Source of the DNA: Candidatus Peregrinibacteria bacterium
GTDB lineage: Bacteria; Patescibacteriota; Gracilibacteria; UBA1369
Direction: 5' to 3'
Assembly: GCA_003153355.1 (NCBI GenBank)
Contig: PLYH01000001.1
Span: 76,294 to 140,293 of the forward strand
Length of the DNA: 64,000 nt
The translations under genes and the position numbers were made by a program. The notes below the pieces were generated by a model. The model saw only the letters and a program-made list of their open reading frames with translations, had not been told where the DNA came from and did not search any database. How positions within the stretch are numbered: the first letter of the stretch is position 1; the number at the start of each line of letters is the position of its first letter. Shown here piece after piece: positions 29,553 to 39,627 of the stretch.

Positions 29553-30221
29553 TTATTTCTTCTCTTCGGCTGCAGGAGCAGCGGCGCCTTCCGCAGGAGC
29601 GGCAGGAGTTCCGGAAGCAGCGGCACTTTCAGCAACAGCAGCTTCAACGGTCGTCGTAGATTCAACTTCTTCTTTCACAACTGAAATCGATACCACCGTA
29701 TCATCAGGATTTCCGACAAATTTAACGCCCTTTGGAGGAACGATATCACTCAGATGAACAGAACTGTGGAGTTGTTCAAGACCGCTGACATCTACAGTAA
29801 TTTCATGAGGCAAATCGGCCGGGAGACATTTCACTTCAAGTTCGTGACGGAGTGTGGTCAAAATACCGCCAAGGTTCTTCACAGCTGGAGCGATTCCGAC
29901 GATGACCACCGGAATGTTGGCTTTCACTTCCTGTTTCATATCGACATGAACAAAATCAATATGGTCAAAATGATCGGTCAAAGGGTTGTACTGAACATCT
30001 TGAACGAGCACCGGTTTCTTTGTACCATCAATACTTAATTCAATGACCTGGTTACTGCCGGCTTTATCAAAAACTTTGCGGAAAGCCTGGTAATCAACCT
30101 GAAGCGCCATACTTTTTTCTTTGTGGCCGTAGAAAACTGCAGGAATTTTGCGTTGTTTGCGGAGGTAACTTGGAGAAACCTTCACGTCGCGGACTTGCAC
30201 GTCCAACATAATCTGGTCCAT
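29553..30221 (-). CDS. rplY: 50S ribosomal protein L25/Ctc
   Basis: LR...KIPAVFYG, DVQYNP...HIDF, C.PADLP, Ala/Glu-rich tail; start moved to MDQIML. Confidence 0.95.
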   Translation of the reverse strand: MDQIMLDVQVRDVKVSPSYLRKQRKIPAVFYGHKEKSMALQVDYQAFRKVFDKAGSNQVIELSIDGTKKPVLVQDVQYNPLTDHFDHIDFVHVDMKQEVKANIPVVIVGIAPAVKNLGGILTTLRHELEVKCLPADLPHEITVDVSGLEQLHSSVHLSDIVPPKGVKFVGNPDDTVVSISVVKEEVESTTTVEAAVAESAAASGTPAAPAEGAAAPAAEEKK

Positions 30222-30322
30222 AATATTAAAATTAAGCCTAAAGCAGGAGCAGTCTAGCCGAAAAGAATCGCAAACGCAACATTTTTTTGCCGGGAATAGG
30301 CCGAGTAGCAAAACCACCAAGA

Positions 30323-30351
30323 TTGACGTTTGGAACGAGCTTCCGTAGAAT
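30323..30351 (+). promoter_or_regulatory. Sigma70-type promoter for ybaB-mltG
   Basis: TTGACG-17nt-TAGAAT. Confidence 0.75.
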
Positions 30352-30381
30352 CAAAAAGCATATTCATTTAAGAAAAACACC

Positions 30382-30681
30382 ATGGGAATGTTCGATCAGG
30401 CAAAAAACCTTTACCAGCTTCAAAGACAGGCCAAAGAGATCAAAAAAGAGCTCAGCAATATTCATATTGAAGCCGAAGTGGACGGCGTAATTGTGATCAT
30501 TAACGGCGAGCAGGAGGTCATCTCCGTGACGATTTCTGAAGAAGCAAACGGCAATCCAAACAAACTGGGAGAAAATCTCGTGAAGGCTTTCAATAAAGCC
30601 ATCAAAAAATCACAACAGATCGCCGCGGAAAAAATGAAAGGGGTCATGGGCGACCTGGGCCTTCCGGGAGCAAGTGCATAA
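30382..30681 (+). CDS. ybaB: YbaB/EbfC nucleoid-associated protein
   Basis: 99 aa; helical N-terminus, V.VIINGEQEV.SV.I, AFNKAI, MKGVMG.LGLPG. Confidence 0.85.
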   Translation: MGMFDQAKNLYQLQRQAKEIKKELSNIHIEAEVDGVIVIINGEQEVISVTISEEANGNPNKLGENLVKAFNKAIKKSQQIAAEKMKGVMGDLGLPGASA

Positions 30682-30726
30682 AAACCCGCGACCTCAACAA
30701 ATAAATCTTAATTTGTCTTTTCTGTT

Positions 30727-31776
30727 ATGCATAAACGCGGGAACTCTCGACGAACCTTATTCATGATTGGCGGAGCCGTATTGATTGCTCTGATTGTGGG
30801 CTATTTTTGGTATGCCAACAGCCGCTACCAGTACTTTATAACCACGCCGGTCAATCCCAACAATCCAATCGATGCTTCTTTTGTTATTGCTAAAGGCGAC
30901 AGTGTCACCGACATCGCCCAAAACCTCAAAGACAAAGATTTCATTGTGGATGCCGGAGCCTTTAAAACCTACGCAAAAGACAACGGCCTGGACCGCAAAG
31001 TGATCGTCGGAAGATTCATGATCAACCAGGCCATGACCATCCCGCAGATCGCCGAAAAAATCACGAACCCCAACGAAGGACAGCTGACATTAACCATTCC
31101 GGAAGGAACGACCATCCAGGGCATTGATGATAAATTGGTGACTTTGGGCGTGATCCAGGCCGGTGAATTTGTGCAGGCCACCAAAGATTTTAACGATTAC
31201 GCTAAGTACTCTTTTCTGGATGAACAGAAAATAAAACAACTCCCCCATCCGCTTGAAGGCTACCTTTTCCCCGACACATACTACATTAATACAAACCACT
31301 ACAGCAGCCAGGACATGATCGAACTCATGCTCAAAGATTTCCAGAAACGCCTGCCCGATAATGCAGCCGCAACAGCACAGCAGAACAGCCGGAGTTTATA
31401 TGACGTCATCACCATGGCTTCGATCGTGGAAAAAGAAGTCAGAACGGATGCAGACCGCCCCATTGTTGCGGGAATTTTATGGAAACGTTTAGACAGCCAT
31501 TGGCAGCTTGGAGCAGACGCCACGCTCCTCTACCTCAAAAACGACAACACGCTGAACTACAACGACCTTCAGGCAAACTCTCCTTATAATACGCGCAAAA
31601 AACAGGGACTTCCGCCCGGCCCGATCTGCAATCCCGGCTTAAAAGCCATCGAAGCCGCCTTGAATCCACAAGCTTCATCCGACTTTTACTATTTGACCGA
31701 TCCTGCGACCGGCGCGGTCATTTACGCAGCCACCAACGACGAACAGAACGCGAATAAAGCCAAGTATCTTCAATAA
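30727..31776 (+). CDS. mltG: Endolytic transglycosylase MltG
   Basis: N-terminal TM; TIPEG, LEGYLFPDTY, ASIVEKE, SPYNT...GLPPGPICNPG. Confidence 0.95.
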   Translation: MHKRGNSRRTLFMIGGAVLIALIVGYFWYANSRYQYFITTPVNPNNPIDASFVIAKGDSVTDIAQNLKDKDFIVDAGAFKTYAKDNGLDRKVIVGRFMINQAMTIPQIAEKITNPNEGQLTLTIPEGTTIQGIDDKLVTLGVIQAGEFVQATKDFNDYAKYSFLDEQKIKQLPHPLEGYLFPDTYYINTNHYSSQDMIELMLKDFQKRLPDNAAATAQQNSRSLYDVITMASIVEKEVRTDADRPIVAGILWKRLDSHWQLGADATLLYLKNDNTLNYNDLQANSPYNTRKKQGLPPGPICNPGLKAIEAALNPQASSDFYYLTDPATGAVIYAATNDEQNANKAKYLQ

Positions 31777-31788
31777 TATCTTCCAGTT

Positions 31789-33348
31789 TTGAAGAAAAAA
31801 TCTCAATCCAATATTCCGTTATGGCTTTGCGCAATCGTTTTGGGTATTGCCGCAATTTTTATCATCAAAACAATGGTCTGGGACGATCCGGACAAACGTT
31901 GGATCATTCAGGATCTTTATTTTAAAGAAGATCCGAACACCAAACTGACCCTGGCTAGTCCGATCAGAACTTTTTCCCAGATTGTCGGTATTCCTCAACA
32001 GCCGCAATCCACGACGATTGACGATGCCAGCAAAATGAACCAGACCGCGGTTGCGGGTGTTTATCAGCCACAAAGCACTGCGGAAATCCAACAGCTCATC
32101 CAACTGGCGAAAACAACGGACCATAAAATTTCGGTTTCCGGCGTGCGACACAGCATGGGCGGACAGGCATTCGCGGCAAATGCCATCCAGTTGGACATGA
32201 CGAAATTCGACGGCGTCACCTATAATTCGGACGGAAGTGTAACTGCTCAAAGCGGAGCGACCTGGAAGCAGATCCAGAACGTGCTTGATCCCAAAGGCCG
32301 CGCCGTTGTCGTGATGCAGGACTCAAACATCTTTACAGTCGGAGGATCGTTAAGCGTGAACGTGCACGGCAAAGATCCACGATTTTCTACGCTGATCTCC
32401 ACGGTGAACTGGTTTAAAATCATGACTCCGGACGGCCATGAAATTCTTTGCAGCCGGCAAAGTAATCCCGAACTGTTTTCAGCTGCAGTCGGAGGCTACG
32501 GTCTTTTTGGCGTGATTACCGAAGTAAACCTGCAGACCGTTCCGAACGACATTTATCTTTTCCAACTGCAGCCTGTAAGCACCGACAAATTGCTAAACAC
32601 ATTCGAACAATCAATGAAAGATCCGGACATCAACCTGATTGAAGCGCATTTATCCATCAGCAAAAACAATCTCCTTTCCCAGGCTCTGCTCTACACCTAC
32701 AAAAAAGCCGGTAGCAATCCGCAATCACCGAGCGACACCAGCGGCGAAAATTCCATCTGGCTCCGTAAAGCCGTATTCCAGATCACGAAATCGAGCGACT
32801 TCGGCCAGCTCATTCGTTGGGAAATCGAAAAAGACATTGAACCTTTGATTGAAACGCCGGTCATCCTCAGAAACACGGCCATGGCCGCGCCCGTCCGCTT
32901 TCTGGAAAATCCCGATCCAACGACGAGCGACATTCTGCAGGAATATTTTATTCCCAAAAACCGGTTCGATGATTTCGTCGGACAATATAAAAATCTTCTT
33001 CAAAAATATAACGTCCATCTTTTAAACGTCACCGTCCGTTACGTTCCAAAAAATACTGAAAATGTCCTTTCTTATGCCCAGGATGATATGTACGGATTCG
33101 TAGCCTATTACAAAGTCGACCATCAGGAGCAGGACCTCAGCGGCATCAAAAATTTCACTTCTGCCATGATGGATGACTTAAACCAAATCAAAGGGACGTA
33201 TTATCTTTGCTACGGAAATTACTACACATTGCAGCAACTGACGACAATGTATCCGAACATCACAAAACTTTTCGCGCTCAAAACCAAATACGACCCGGCG
33301 GAACTTTTTTCCAACAGCTGGTATCAGACATTAAAGACTCAAAATTAA
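31789..33348 (+). CDS. Membrane-anchored FAD-binding oxidoreductase (VAO/PCMH-type, DprE1/ALO-like)
   Basis: G.RHSMGGQ, TVGGSLSVNVHG, GGYGLFGVIT, KYDP..LFSN; TTG start. Confidence 0.85.
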   Translation: MKKKSQSNIPLWLCAIVLGIAAIFIIKTMVWDDPDKRWIIQDLYFKEDPNTKLTLASPIRTFSQIVGIPQQPQSTTIDDASKMNQTAVAGVYQPQSTAEIQQLIQLAKTTDHKISVSGVRHSMGGQAFAANAIQLDMTKFDGVTYNSDGSVTAQSGATWKQIQNVLDPKGRAVVVMQDSNIFTVGGSLSVNVHGKDPRFSTLISTVNWFKIMTPDGHEILCSRQSNPELFSAAVGGYGLFGVITEVNLQTVPNDIYLFQLQPVSTDKLLNTFEQSMKDPDINLIEAHLSISKNNLLSQALLYTYKKAGSNPQSPSDTSGENSIWLRKAVFQITKSSDFGQLIRWEIEKDIEPLIETPVILRNTAMAAPVRFLENPDPTTSDILQEYFIPKNRFDDFVGQYKNLLQKYNVHLLNVTVRYVPKNTENVLSYAQDDMYGFVAYYKVDHQEQDLSGIKNFTSAMMDDLNQIKGTYYLCYGNYYTLQQLTTMYPNITKLFALKTKYDPAELFSNSWYQTLKTQN

Positions 33349-34955
33349 AACCCGCTCGGAGGAACGGCCTGGGTTGTTCCGGTTGATGGCTTTGAAGTTG
33401 TCGTGGTTTTTTGCTGAGTCGATCCGGTCGAAGAAGAACCAGTTGTACTGGTTTGCGTCGAACCGCCCGCCGGTTTGTTGTAGGTGATTGTAAACGTCGT
33501 GATCGCACTCTTATTGCCCTGAGGATCAACGGCATAAACTTGATAAGTATTTAAACCCGGATTTAAATTGCCGCCGCCTACGTTGGCATAATAGGTCCAA
33601 GTTTTATCGCCAGGTTGGAATTTACTCAAAGTATATCCGTTCACGACCACGCTCTGCGCGCCCGCGACCGAACCTTGCACCAACACCACGCCCGTTGTTA
33701 CGGTGGAAGCCGAAGCTGACGTTGAACCGTTATAAGAAACAACCTGCGGCGCTGTTAACGCATCCGTGATCTGAACCGCGGCTTTGTTATAAGTAATCTG
33801 AACATCAGCTGAATCGCTCTGATTGCCGGAAGCATCGAGGGCGTAAAAACTATAATCGTTCAATCCAGCTTTATAGTTTCCAAGAGCTTCGGAAACGTTA
33901 TAGCTGAAACTGGTGGCCCCTGTTTTAAATCTGCTCAAAGTATATTGATCGGTTGTTCCGCCAACGGTTTCGTGAACGACAACTTTAGCCGTTCCAGGAC
34001 CAACAGTTCCGCTGATCGCCACTTTATTCTGGTCAGTGCTCATCACGGACGGATTCGGCTGCGTGATGACCGGTGCGGAAAGCTGGGTCGACGTTGTTGA
34101 AGTCGGTGAAGCTGTTTGCTGCGTTCCAGAAGGTGTTAATGTTGATTGTTGAGTATTGGAAGGTTCAATCGAAAGCTGCTGGGAAGTTGCATCTGTTGGC
34201 GGCACGAGAATCTTACTAAAATCCGTAGGATTCTGATCTTCACGGCTGTTCCACAAATACCAATCCGAAAGTTTAAATTGATCGCTTAACGCCATTAAAA
34301 CCGAAGGAGTATCGTGATTCTGGAAAGCTTGTAAAATAGCCTGATCCAGAGTCATTTCCTGCCCTACTCCAACTTGAACGGTATCCAAAACTGCATTCTT
34401 ATCAGTAGCATTTCCCAAAATCTGAGCATTCACCTGTCCGGCAATAACACGGACGGTTTCAGTATCGTTGCTCTCAACTTCAAAAACCGTTCCAACATCG
34501 CTTACCATCATATGCGTCGTACGGACATTCATATCGGACTGATCAACGCCTTCGCTGTTCATTTTATTCACCCACATGTTGCCGTGCGTAAGCGTCAGGC
34601 CGATTTTTTCAACATCGCTGCGTTTGGTGATGTCAGTAATCGTGACCTCGGTATCGCCGTCCAGGCGGACGATCGTTCCGTTAAAAAACTGCAGAACGCC
34701 GCGGCTGTCCGGTTCAGTCTTGATGGAATCGCCAAGCAGCATTTTCGTTCCGCTGAAAGCGTTGGCCCATTCGTTCAAACCGTACTGAAGCATCTTGGCT
34801 TTTCCGCTCGCAATGTAAAAATATACGTCGCCTTTGGCTCCCTGAAGATTATTCCATAATTGAAAACCGAGCACGCCGATAACGCCTACTCCCACAAAAA
34901 TCAGGAAAGGAAGCAAATACTCAAACGGACGTTTGCGGCGATAGACTCTACGCAT
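33345..34955 (-). CDS. FecR-domain membrane protein with two Ig-like domains and Ser/Thr-rich linkers
   Basis: TM then GDSIKT...NGTIVRLDGDT...GTVFEV FecR-like pattern; two GLN.Y..YA.D..GN.S modules; start moved to MRRVYR. Confidence 0.75.
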   Translation of the reverse strand: MRRVYRRKRPFEYLLPFLIFVGVGVIGVLGFQLWNNLQGAKGDVYFYIASGKAKMLQYGLNEWANAFSGTKMLLGDSIKTEPDSRGVLQFFNGTIVRLDGDTEVTITDITKRSDVEKIGLTLTHGNMWVNKMNSEGVDQSDMNVRTTHMMVSDVGTVFEVESNDTETVRVIAGQVNAQILGNATDKNAVLDTVQVGVGQEMTLDQAILQAFQNHDTPSVLMALSDQFKLSDWYLWNSREDQNPTDFSKILVPPTDATSQQLSIEPSNTQQSTLTPSGTQQTASPTSTTSTQLSAPVITQPNPSVMSTDQNKVAISGTVGPGTAKVVVHETVGGTTDQYTLSRFKTGATSFSYNVSEALGNYKAGLNDYSFYALDASGNQSDSADVQITYNKAAVQITDALTAPQVVSYNGSTSASASTVTTGVVLVQGSVAGAQSVVVNGYTLSKFQPGDKTWTYYANVGGGNLNPGLNTYQVYAVDPQGNKSAITTFTITYNKPAGGSTQTSTTGSSSTGSTQQKTTTTSKPSTGTTQAVPPSGF

Positions 34956-35025
34956 AGCAAAAAGAGCTAAAACAAAACCGTACAAAGTATAACAAGATCC
35001 GCATTGCTGTAAAGGAAATTACGCT

Positions 35026-36450
35026 TTAAAAACCCATTTCACGCTTCAAGGCGTTAATATCTCTCATCAAACGCTGGTCTTCTTTGATTTGAGCCAAAAT
35101 TTTATTGCAGGAATGAAGCACGGTCGTGTGGTTCTTTCCGCCGAAATTTTCGCCGATGGTTTCGTAAGACTGGTTAAGAAGCTCGCGGATCAAATACATG
35201 CAGATCTGGCGCGGGATAATAATTTCGCGGCGGCGTTCCATCCCGGTAAGAATGGTGCGGTCAATTTTATAATATGTTGATACCGCGTTAATGACATCAT
35301 CCAAAGTTCTTGCGGCTTGCTGCTGCTGGACCTGCTGTGGAGACTGCATCGTCGCATTGCCGATGATCTGCTGGGCTTTGTTGAGCTTTTGCAAAACACG
35401 GGTCACGGAATTCATAGTCGGCGTGGCATTTTCCAGTTTGGCCTGAGCCAGTACGCTGACCAAAACACCGATCATTTCACGGGTGCTGGTCGTTACGTTA
35501 TTGGCGATGAGATGCAAAATATCCGGATCAAGAATCTCGCCCTGCTCCTGACATTTATACTGAAGGATGGCCACGCGGGTTTCAAATTCCGGAACGCACA
35601 CTTCAATGACCATGCCCATGCCGAAACGGCTGCGCAGACGGTCATCAAGGCCGTTCAATTCACGTGGAGCCCGGTCGGCACTCATGATGATCTGTTTGCC
35701 TGCGTCGTAAAGTTCATTGAAGGTATGAAAAAATTCCTGTTCCGACGTGGCTTTGTTGGCAAAAAACTGAATGTCATCAACGATCAGACAGTCAACGTTG
35801 CGGTACTTATCTTTAAAAGGTTTGGTGTGGCGTTTGCCGATGGCTTCAATGATCTCGTTGGCGAAAGTCTCCGAGGTCATATACACCACGCGCAGGTTCG
35901 GGTGATTTTTTTGGATCTGATTGCCGGTCGCCTGTAAAAGATGCGTTTTTCCAAGACCGACGCCGCCGTAAATATACAGCGGATTGTAAATACTTCCAGG
36001 TTTGGCCGCAACGGCCAGACAAGCAGCATGCACCAGACGGTTTTCCATACCCGGAATATAACTGTCGAGGTTATATTTCATCATCTTGCTGCGCATCCCG
36101 TCCACAAGCACCTCCTGTTTGTTCGGCACTTTACGGATCTTTGGCGTTTCGTCGATCAAAATATTGTTGAGGTCGACTTTGTCTGGATGCTCTCCGCTCA
36201 GGAGCGTGGAAATAACTTCGTATTCGATGTGGTTAATGTTGGAATCCAAATCCTTGACGATCTCCAAAAGCTTTATGTGGTAGCGGTGGCGGATGTTATC
36301 GCGTGAGACCATTCCTGAAACTCCGATCGTCAAAACTCCGTCAACGTAATTGTCGATGATGGTGTCTTTGAAGAATGTGAGGAGGTGTGCCTTGCTAGCT
36401 GTGGGCGCCAGAGTCAGGAGCACTTTTTCCCAGAAAATTTTCTTATCCAT
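35026..36450 (-). CDS. dnaA: Chromosomal replication initiator DnaA
   Basis: YNPLYIYGGVGLGKTHL, DDIQF, EFFHTFN, RLRSRF, domain IV FGGKNHTTVLH. Confidence 0.97.
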   Translation of the reverse strand: MDKKIFWEKVLLTLAPTASKAHLLTFFKDTIIDNYVDGVLTIGVSGMVSRDNIRHRYHIKLLEIVKDLDSNINHIEYEVISTLLSGEHPDKVDLNNILIDETPKIRKVPNKQEVLVDGMRSKMMKYNLDSYIPGMENRLVHAACLAVAAKPGSIYNPLYIYGGVGLGKTHLLQATGNQIQKNHPNLRVVYMTSETFANEIIEAIGKRHTKPFKDKYRNVDCLIVDDIQFFANKATSEQEFFHTFNELYDAGKQIIMSADRAPRELNGLDDRLRSRFGMGMVIEVCVPEFETRVAILQYKCQEQGEILDPDILHLIANNVTTSTREMIGVLVSVLAQAKLENATPTMNSVTRVLQKLNKAQQIIGNATMQSPQQVQQQQAARTLDDVINAVSTYYKIDRTILTGMERRREIIIPRQICMYLIRELLNQSYETIGENFGGKNHTTVLHSCNKILAQIKEDQRLMRDINALKREMGF

Positions 36451-36688
36451 AGGAGAAAGTTTTTTAATAAATTCGGAAAATCATTTCGGAAAACAGGGTG
36501 AATACTAATGACTTTTTTTGGCTTCTACAAGTCTAAAAATTCAAACCTCCAACCCACAATCCCTAGCGATCTTGACACTGCTTCATACTAGGTATGGATA
36601 AAAAACTCTACTAAAAAATATTATAAATTTCGATCAATAATCACCCCGAACTAAAAGAGTTTCGCGCGCAAGAAATTTTATATTTTTT

Positions 36689-38311
36689 TTAAAATAATTT
36701 CACAATGTCGCTATAGGTGATGGCGACAATGAGAATCATCAAGAGTACAAAACCGATCGTGTGAATGAGTGCTTCCCATTTGGCGTTGATTCTTCTTCCA
36801 ATCAGAAGTTCCACCAGGATAAAGAACAGTCTGCCTCCGTCCAGTGCGGGAATCGGCAGTACGTTAATGATCGCGAGACTCAGCGAAAGCAAAGCCATAA
36901 AACGAAGCAACGAAAGCACGCCCTGCTGCACGAACGTATACGTAAGCTGGGCAATACCGACCGGGCCGGCAACTCCTTCCGGAATCGTAAATTGCGTAAA
37001 GAACGTATGCAAAACATTCACGAACATCTGAACGGTCAATCCGGCCAGGCGGTATGACTCTTCCACAGCTTTGACCGGAGCAACCCACAGCGGATAATGC
37101 ACGTCATTGATTTTTAAAACCGTGGTCGGTTCGTCTTTATCATAAAATGTCAGAAATTGATTTTCATGCGGATAAAGAATTGAAAGACCCACACCGATCA
37201 GACCATTTTTATCAGGCTGAACCTGAATGGTTTTCGGCTGGCCGTCGCGGACAATATTGTAGGTCAGAAGTTGGCCCGGGCTTTTTTTAGTGATGGCAAT
37301 AACATCATCAGGCAAGGAAATGCTCTGGCCGTTGACCTGCATCACGACATCGCCGTTCTGGAAAGCGGCTTTTTCCGCCGGACTGTCCGGAAACACATCT
37401 GAAATAATGACGCGCTGCTGGACTGGAAGATCCACGACCGTATTCACGGCCTGATCGCCTCGCCAAAGCATAAGCGTGGCCTGTTTGGATTGAGTGATCC
37501 CGGTTACATAATCGTCGTAACTGTAGATATCTTTGCCGTCGAGCTGCAGCAGAACATCCCCGGCTTGAATAGTGCCGTTTTCAAACTTCAGACTCTGGTC
37601 GGCTTCCTGAACCACCAGCCGCGGCAAAAATATCAATTGGTATGGAGTGAACCCCAGCCCCCCGCTGTCCCCTGCCGCAAGATTTAAAAACACGTGGCTA
37701 TTGTTGCCGCGGTCAACTTCAACTACAACCGTTGAATTCTTCGCAGTATTAATAGTAGCCTGAAGATCATCTCCTGAAAAAACTGTTTTGCCGTTCACCT
37801 GCAAAATCTGGTCACCTGGTTTCATGCCTGCTTTATCGGCCGGGCCTCCGGCCCGGACATCCTGCACCGCAATCCCCGGCTGAATCTGAATCGTTCCGTC
37901 CTGAATCGCGCCCAGTACGTCATCACCGCTCAAAATAAGGGGCTGAATGCCAAAAATAAACCCGATCGTCAGCAAAACCCAGGCCAGTAAAAAATTCATG
38001 ATCACTCCCGCAATGATGACCATAATACGCACACGGGCAGGCTTGCTCGCAAAACTTCTCGGATTCTTCATCACCTTTTCATCACGGTTGTCTTCGCCCA
38101 AAAGCCGGACAAATCCTCCGAAAGGAATGGCATTAATGGAATAAATCGTTTCACCTTTTTTCACGCCCCAAATGCGTGGGGGCAATCCGAACCCGAACTC
38201 CTCGACTTTAATACCGCTTTTCCTGGCAACGATAAAATGTCCCCACTCGTGCACGAGAACGAGTACGGAAAAAATCAGGACAAAAACGATCGCGGTGATG
38301 ACAAAGCTCAT
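36689..38311 (-). CDS. rseP: Site-2 (RIP) zinc metalloprotease RseP with three PDZ-like domains
   Basis: HEWGH, PFGGFV, AGVIMN, NVLPIPALDGG; adjacent to frr-pyrH; start moved to MSFVIT. Confidence 0.95.
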   Translation of the reverse strand: MSFVITAIVFVLIFSVLVLVHEWGHFIVARKSGIKVEEFGFGLPPRIWGVKKGETIYSINAIPFGGFVRLLGEDNRDEKVMKNPRSFASKPARVRIMVIIAGVIMNFLLAWVLLTIGFIFGIQPLILSGDDVLGAIQDGTIQIQPGIAVQDVRAGGPADKAGMKPGDQILQVNGKTVFSGDDLQATINTAKNSTVVVEVDRGNNSHVFLNLAAGDSGGLGFTPYQLIFLPRLVVQEADQSLKFENGTIQAGDVLLQLDGKDIYSYDDYVTGITQSKQATLMLWRGDQAVNTVVDLPVQQRVIISDVFPDSPAEKAAFQNGDVVMQVNGQSISLPDDVIAITKKSPGQLLTYNIVRDGQPKTIQVQPDKNGLIGVGLSILYPHENQFLTFYDKDEPTTVLKINDVHYPLWVAPVKAVEESYRLAGLTVQMFVNVLHTFFTQFTIPEGVAGPVGIAQLTYTFVQQGVLSLLRFMALLSLSLAIINVLPIPALDGGRLFFILVELLIGRRINAKWEALIHTIGFVLLMILIVAITYSDIVKLF

Positions 38312-38346
38312 GGAAAAATCAAATATCGTAAACTTCGGCAATCGCC

Positions 38347-38901
38347 CTACACTTTCATTACGTCGGCTTCTTTGGTTTTGGAAAGCATTTCAATATCCTG
38401 ATTCATGGCGTCAACTTTGTCCTGGAGTTTTTTTTCAAGACCTTTCCCGATGTCTTCGCTGATCTCTTTAGCCTTTTCCTGAGCCCTGATTTTATCCATG
38501 ACAGTCTGCCGCGCATGACGGATGCTGATGCGCGCATCTTCTGCCAGTTTGTTGACGACTTTGGTCAGATCGCGGCGGCGTTCTTCAGTGAGCGGCGGAA
38601 TATTAATGCGGATGACGATGCCGTCATTGTTTGGAGTAAGACCCATGTTCGAAATCATGATACCTTTTTCAATGGCCTGAAGCGTACCTTTATCCCAAGG
38701 CTGGATCTGGATCGTTTTGGCGTCGGGAACGGAAATATGCGCCAAAGCCTTTAAAGGCTGATTTGAGCCGTAAGCTTCAACCATCACCCCTTCAACCAAA
38801 GAAGCGGACGCCCGTCCGATCTGCAGATGAGAATATTCAGTCTTCAAATGATCAATGACCTTTTTCATTTCAGCTTCGCCGAGGACAATAAAATCGGACA
38901 T
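38347..38901 (-). CDS. frr: Ribosome recycling factor
   Basis: GRAS, IQPWDK, PNNDG..IRI.IPPLTEERR. Confidence 0.97.
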   Translation of the reverse strand: MSDFIVLGEAEMKKVIDHLKTEYSHLQIGRASASLVEGVMVEAYGSNQPLKALAHISVPDAKTIQIQPWDKGTLQAIEKGIMISNMGLTPNNDGIVIRINIPPLTEERRRDLTKVVNKLAEDARISIRHARQTVMDKIRAQEKAKEISEDIGKGLEKKLQDKVDAMNQDIEMLSKTKEADVMKV

Positions 38902-38913
38902 AATTTAAAAAAA

Positions 38914-39627
38914 TTAACTGATAAGCGTACCGACCTGTTCCCCTTTCACCACGCGGGCGATATTCCCCTTTTTGTGGAGATTAAAGACCATGATCGGCAA
39001 CTTTTTTTCCAGACATAAAGAAACGGCTGTCAGATCCATCACGCCAAGTTCCTTTTCCAAAATCTCTTTATAACTTATATGAGTGTATTTCTTGGCATTC
39101 TTGAATTTCATCGGATCTTTGTCGTAAATATAGTCCACCTTCGTAGCTTTGAGCATGATGTCGCAATTCAGTTCCATCGCGCGCAGCGCTCCCGCAGTGT
39201 CGGTGGTGAAGTACGGATTTCCCGTGCCGCCCGCGCAGATAAGAATTTTCCCTTTCTTTAAATAGTCCAAAGCTTTCGGACGCAAGTACGTTCCGACAAC
39301 AATCGGCATGCTGATGGCCGAACCGATCGGCGCTCCGATGCCCATCTTTTCAAACTGGTCCTGCAAAGCCATCGAGTTCATGACCGTAGCCAGCATTCCC
39401 ATATAATCCGACGTCACGCGGTCCACGCCGGAATCTTTCGAATCACGGTAGCGCCAGATGTTGCCCCCGCCGATCACAATCGCGATCTCCACTCCCATTT
39501 TTTTCACTTCAATGATCTCCTTACAGAGTTCACGGACGATCTTAAAATCAATACCGCCGTCTCTGCTGCCTTGAAGAACTTCTCCGGACAGCTTGAGCAG
39601 AATGCGTTTATACTTAAGTTTAGGCAT
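38914..39627 (-). CDS. pyrH: UMP kinase
   Basis: RILLKLSGE, GGGNIWR, DYMGMLAT, GTGNPYFTTDT. Confidence 0.97.
   Translation of the reverse strand: MPKLKYKRILLKLSGEVLQGSRDGGIDFKIVRELCKEIIEVKKMGVEIAIVIGGGNIWRYRDSKDSGVDRVTSDYMGMLATVMNSMALQDQFEKMGIGAPIGSAISMPIVVGTYLRPKALDYLKKGKILICAGGTGNPYFTTDTAGALRAMELNCDIMLKATKVDYIYDKDPMKFKNAKKYTHISYKEILEKELGVMDLTAVSLCLEKKLPIMVFNLHKKGNIARVVKGEQVGTLIS

Noticed and set aside
35317-35937. 206-aa plus-strand ORF, and similar long antisense ORFs such as 58493-59275 and 19900-20436
   Set aside because: They lie antisense to well-conserved genes (dnaA, ABC-F, relA) and have no recognisable motifs; shadow ORFs.
36451-36688. Calling oriC upstream of dnaA
   Set aside because: Only two imperfect boxes, no dnaN linkage, and GC skew could not be computed; kept as a finding, not a feature.
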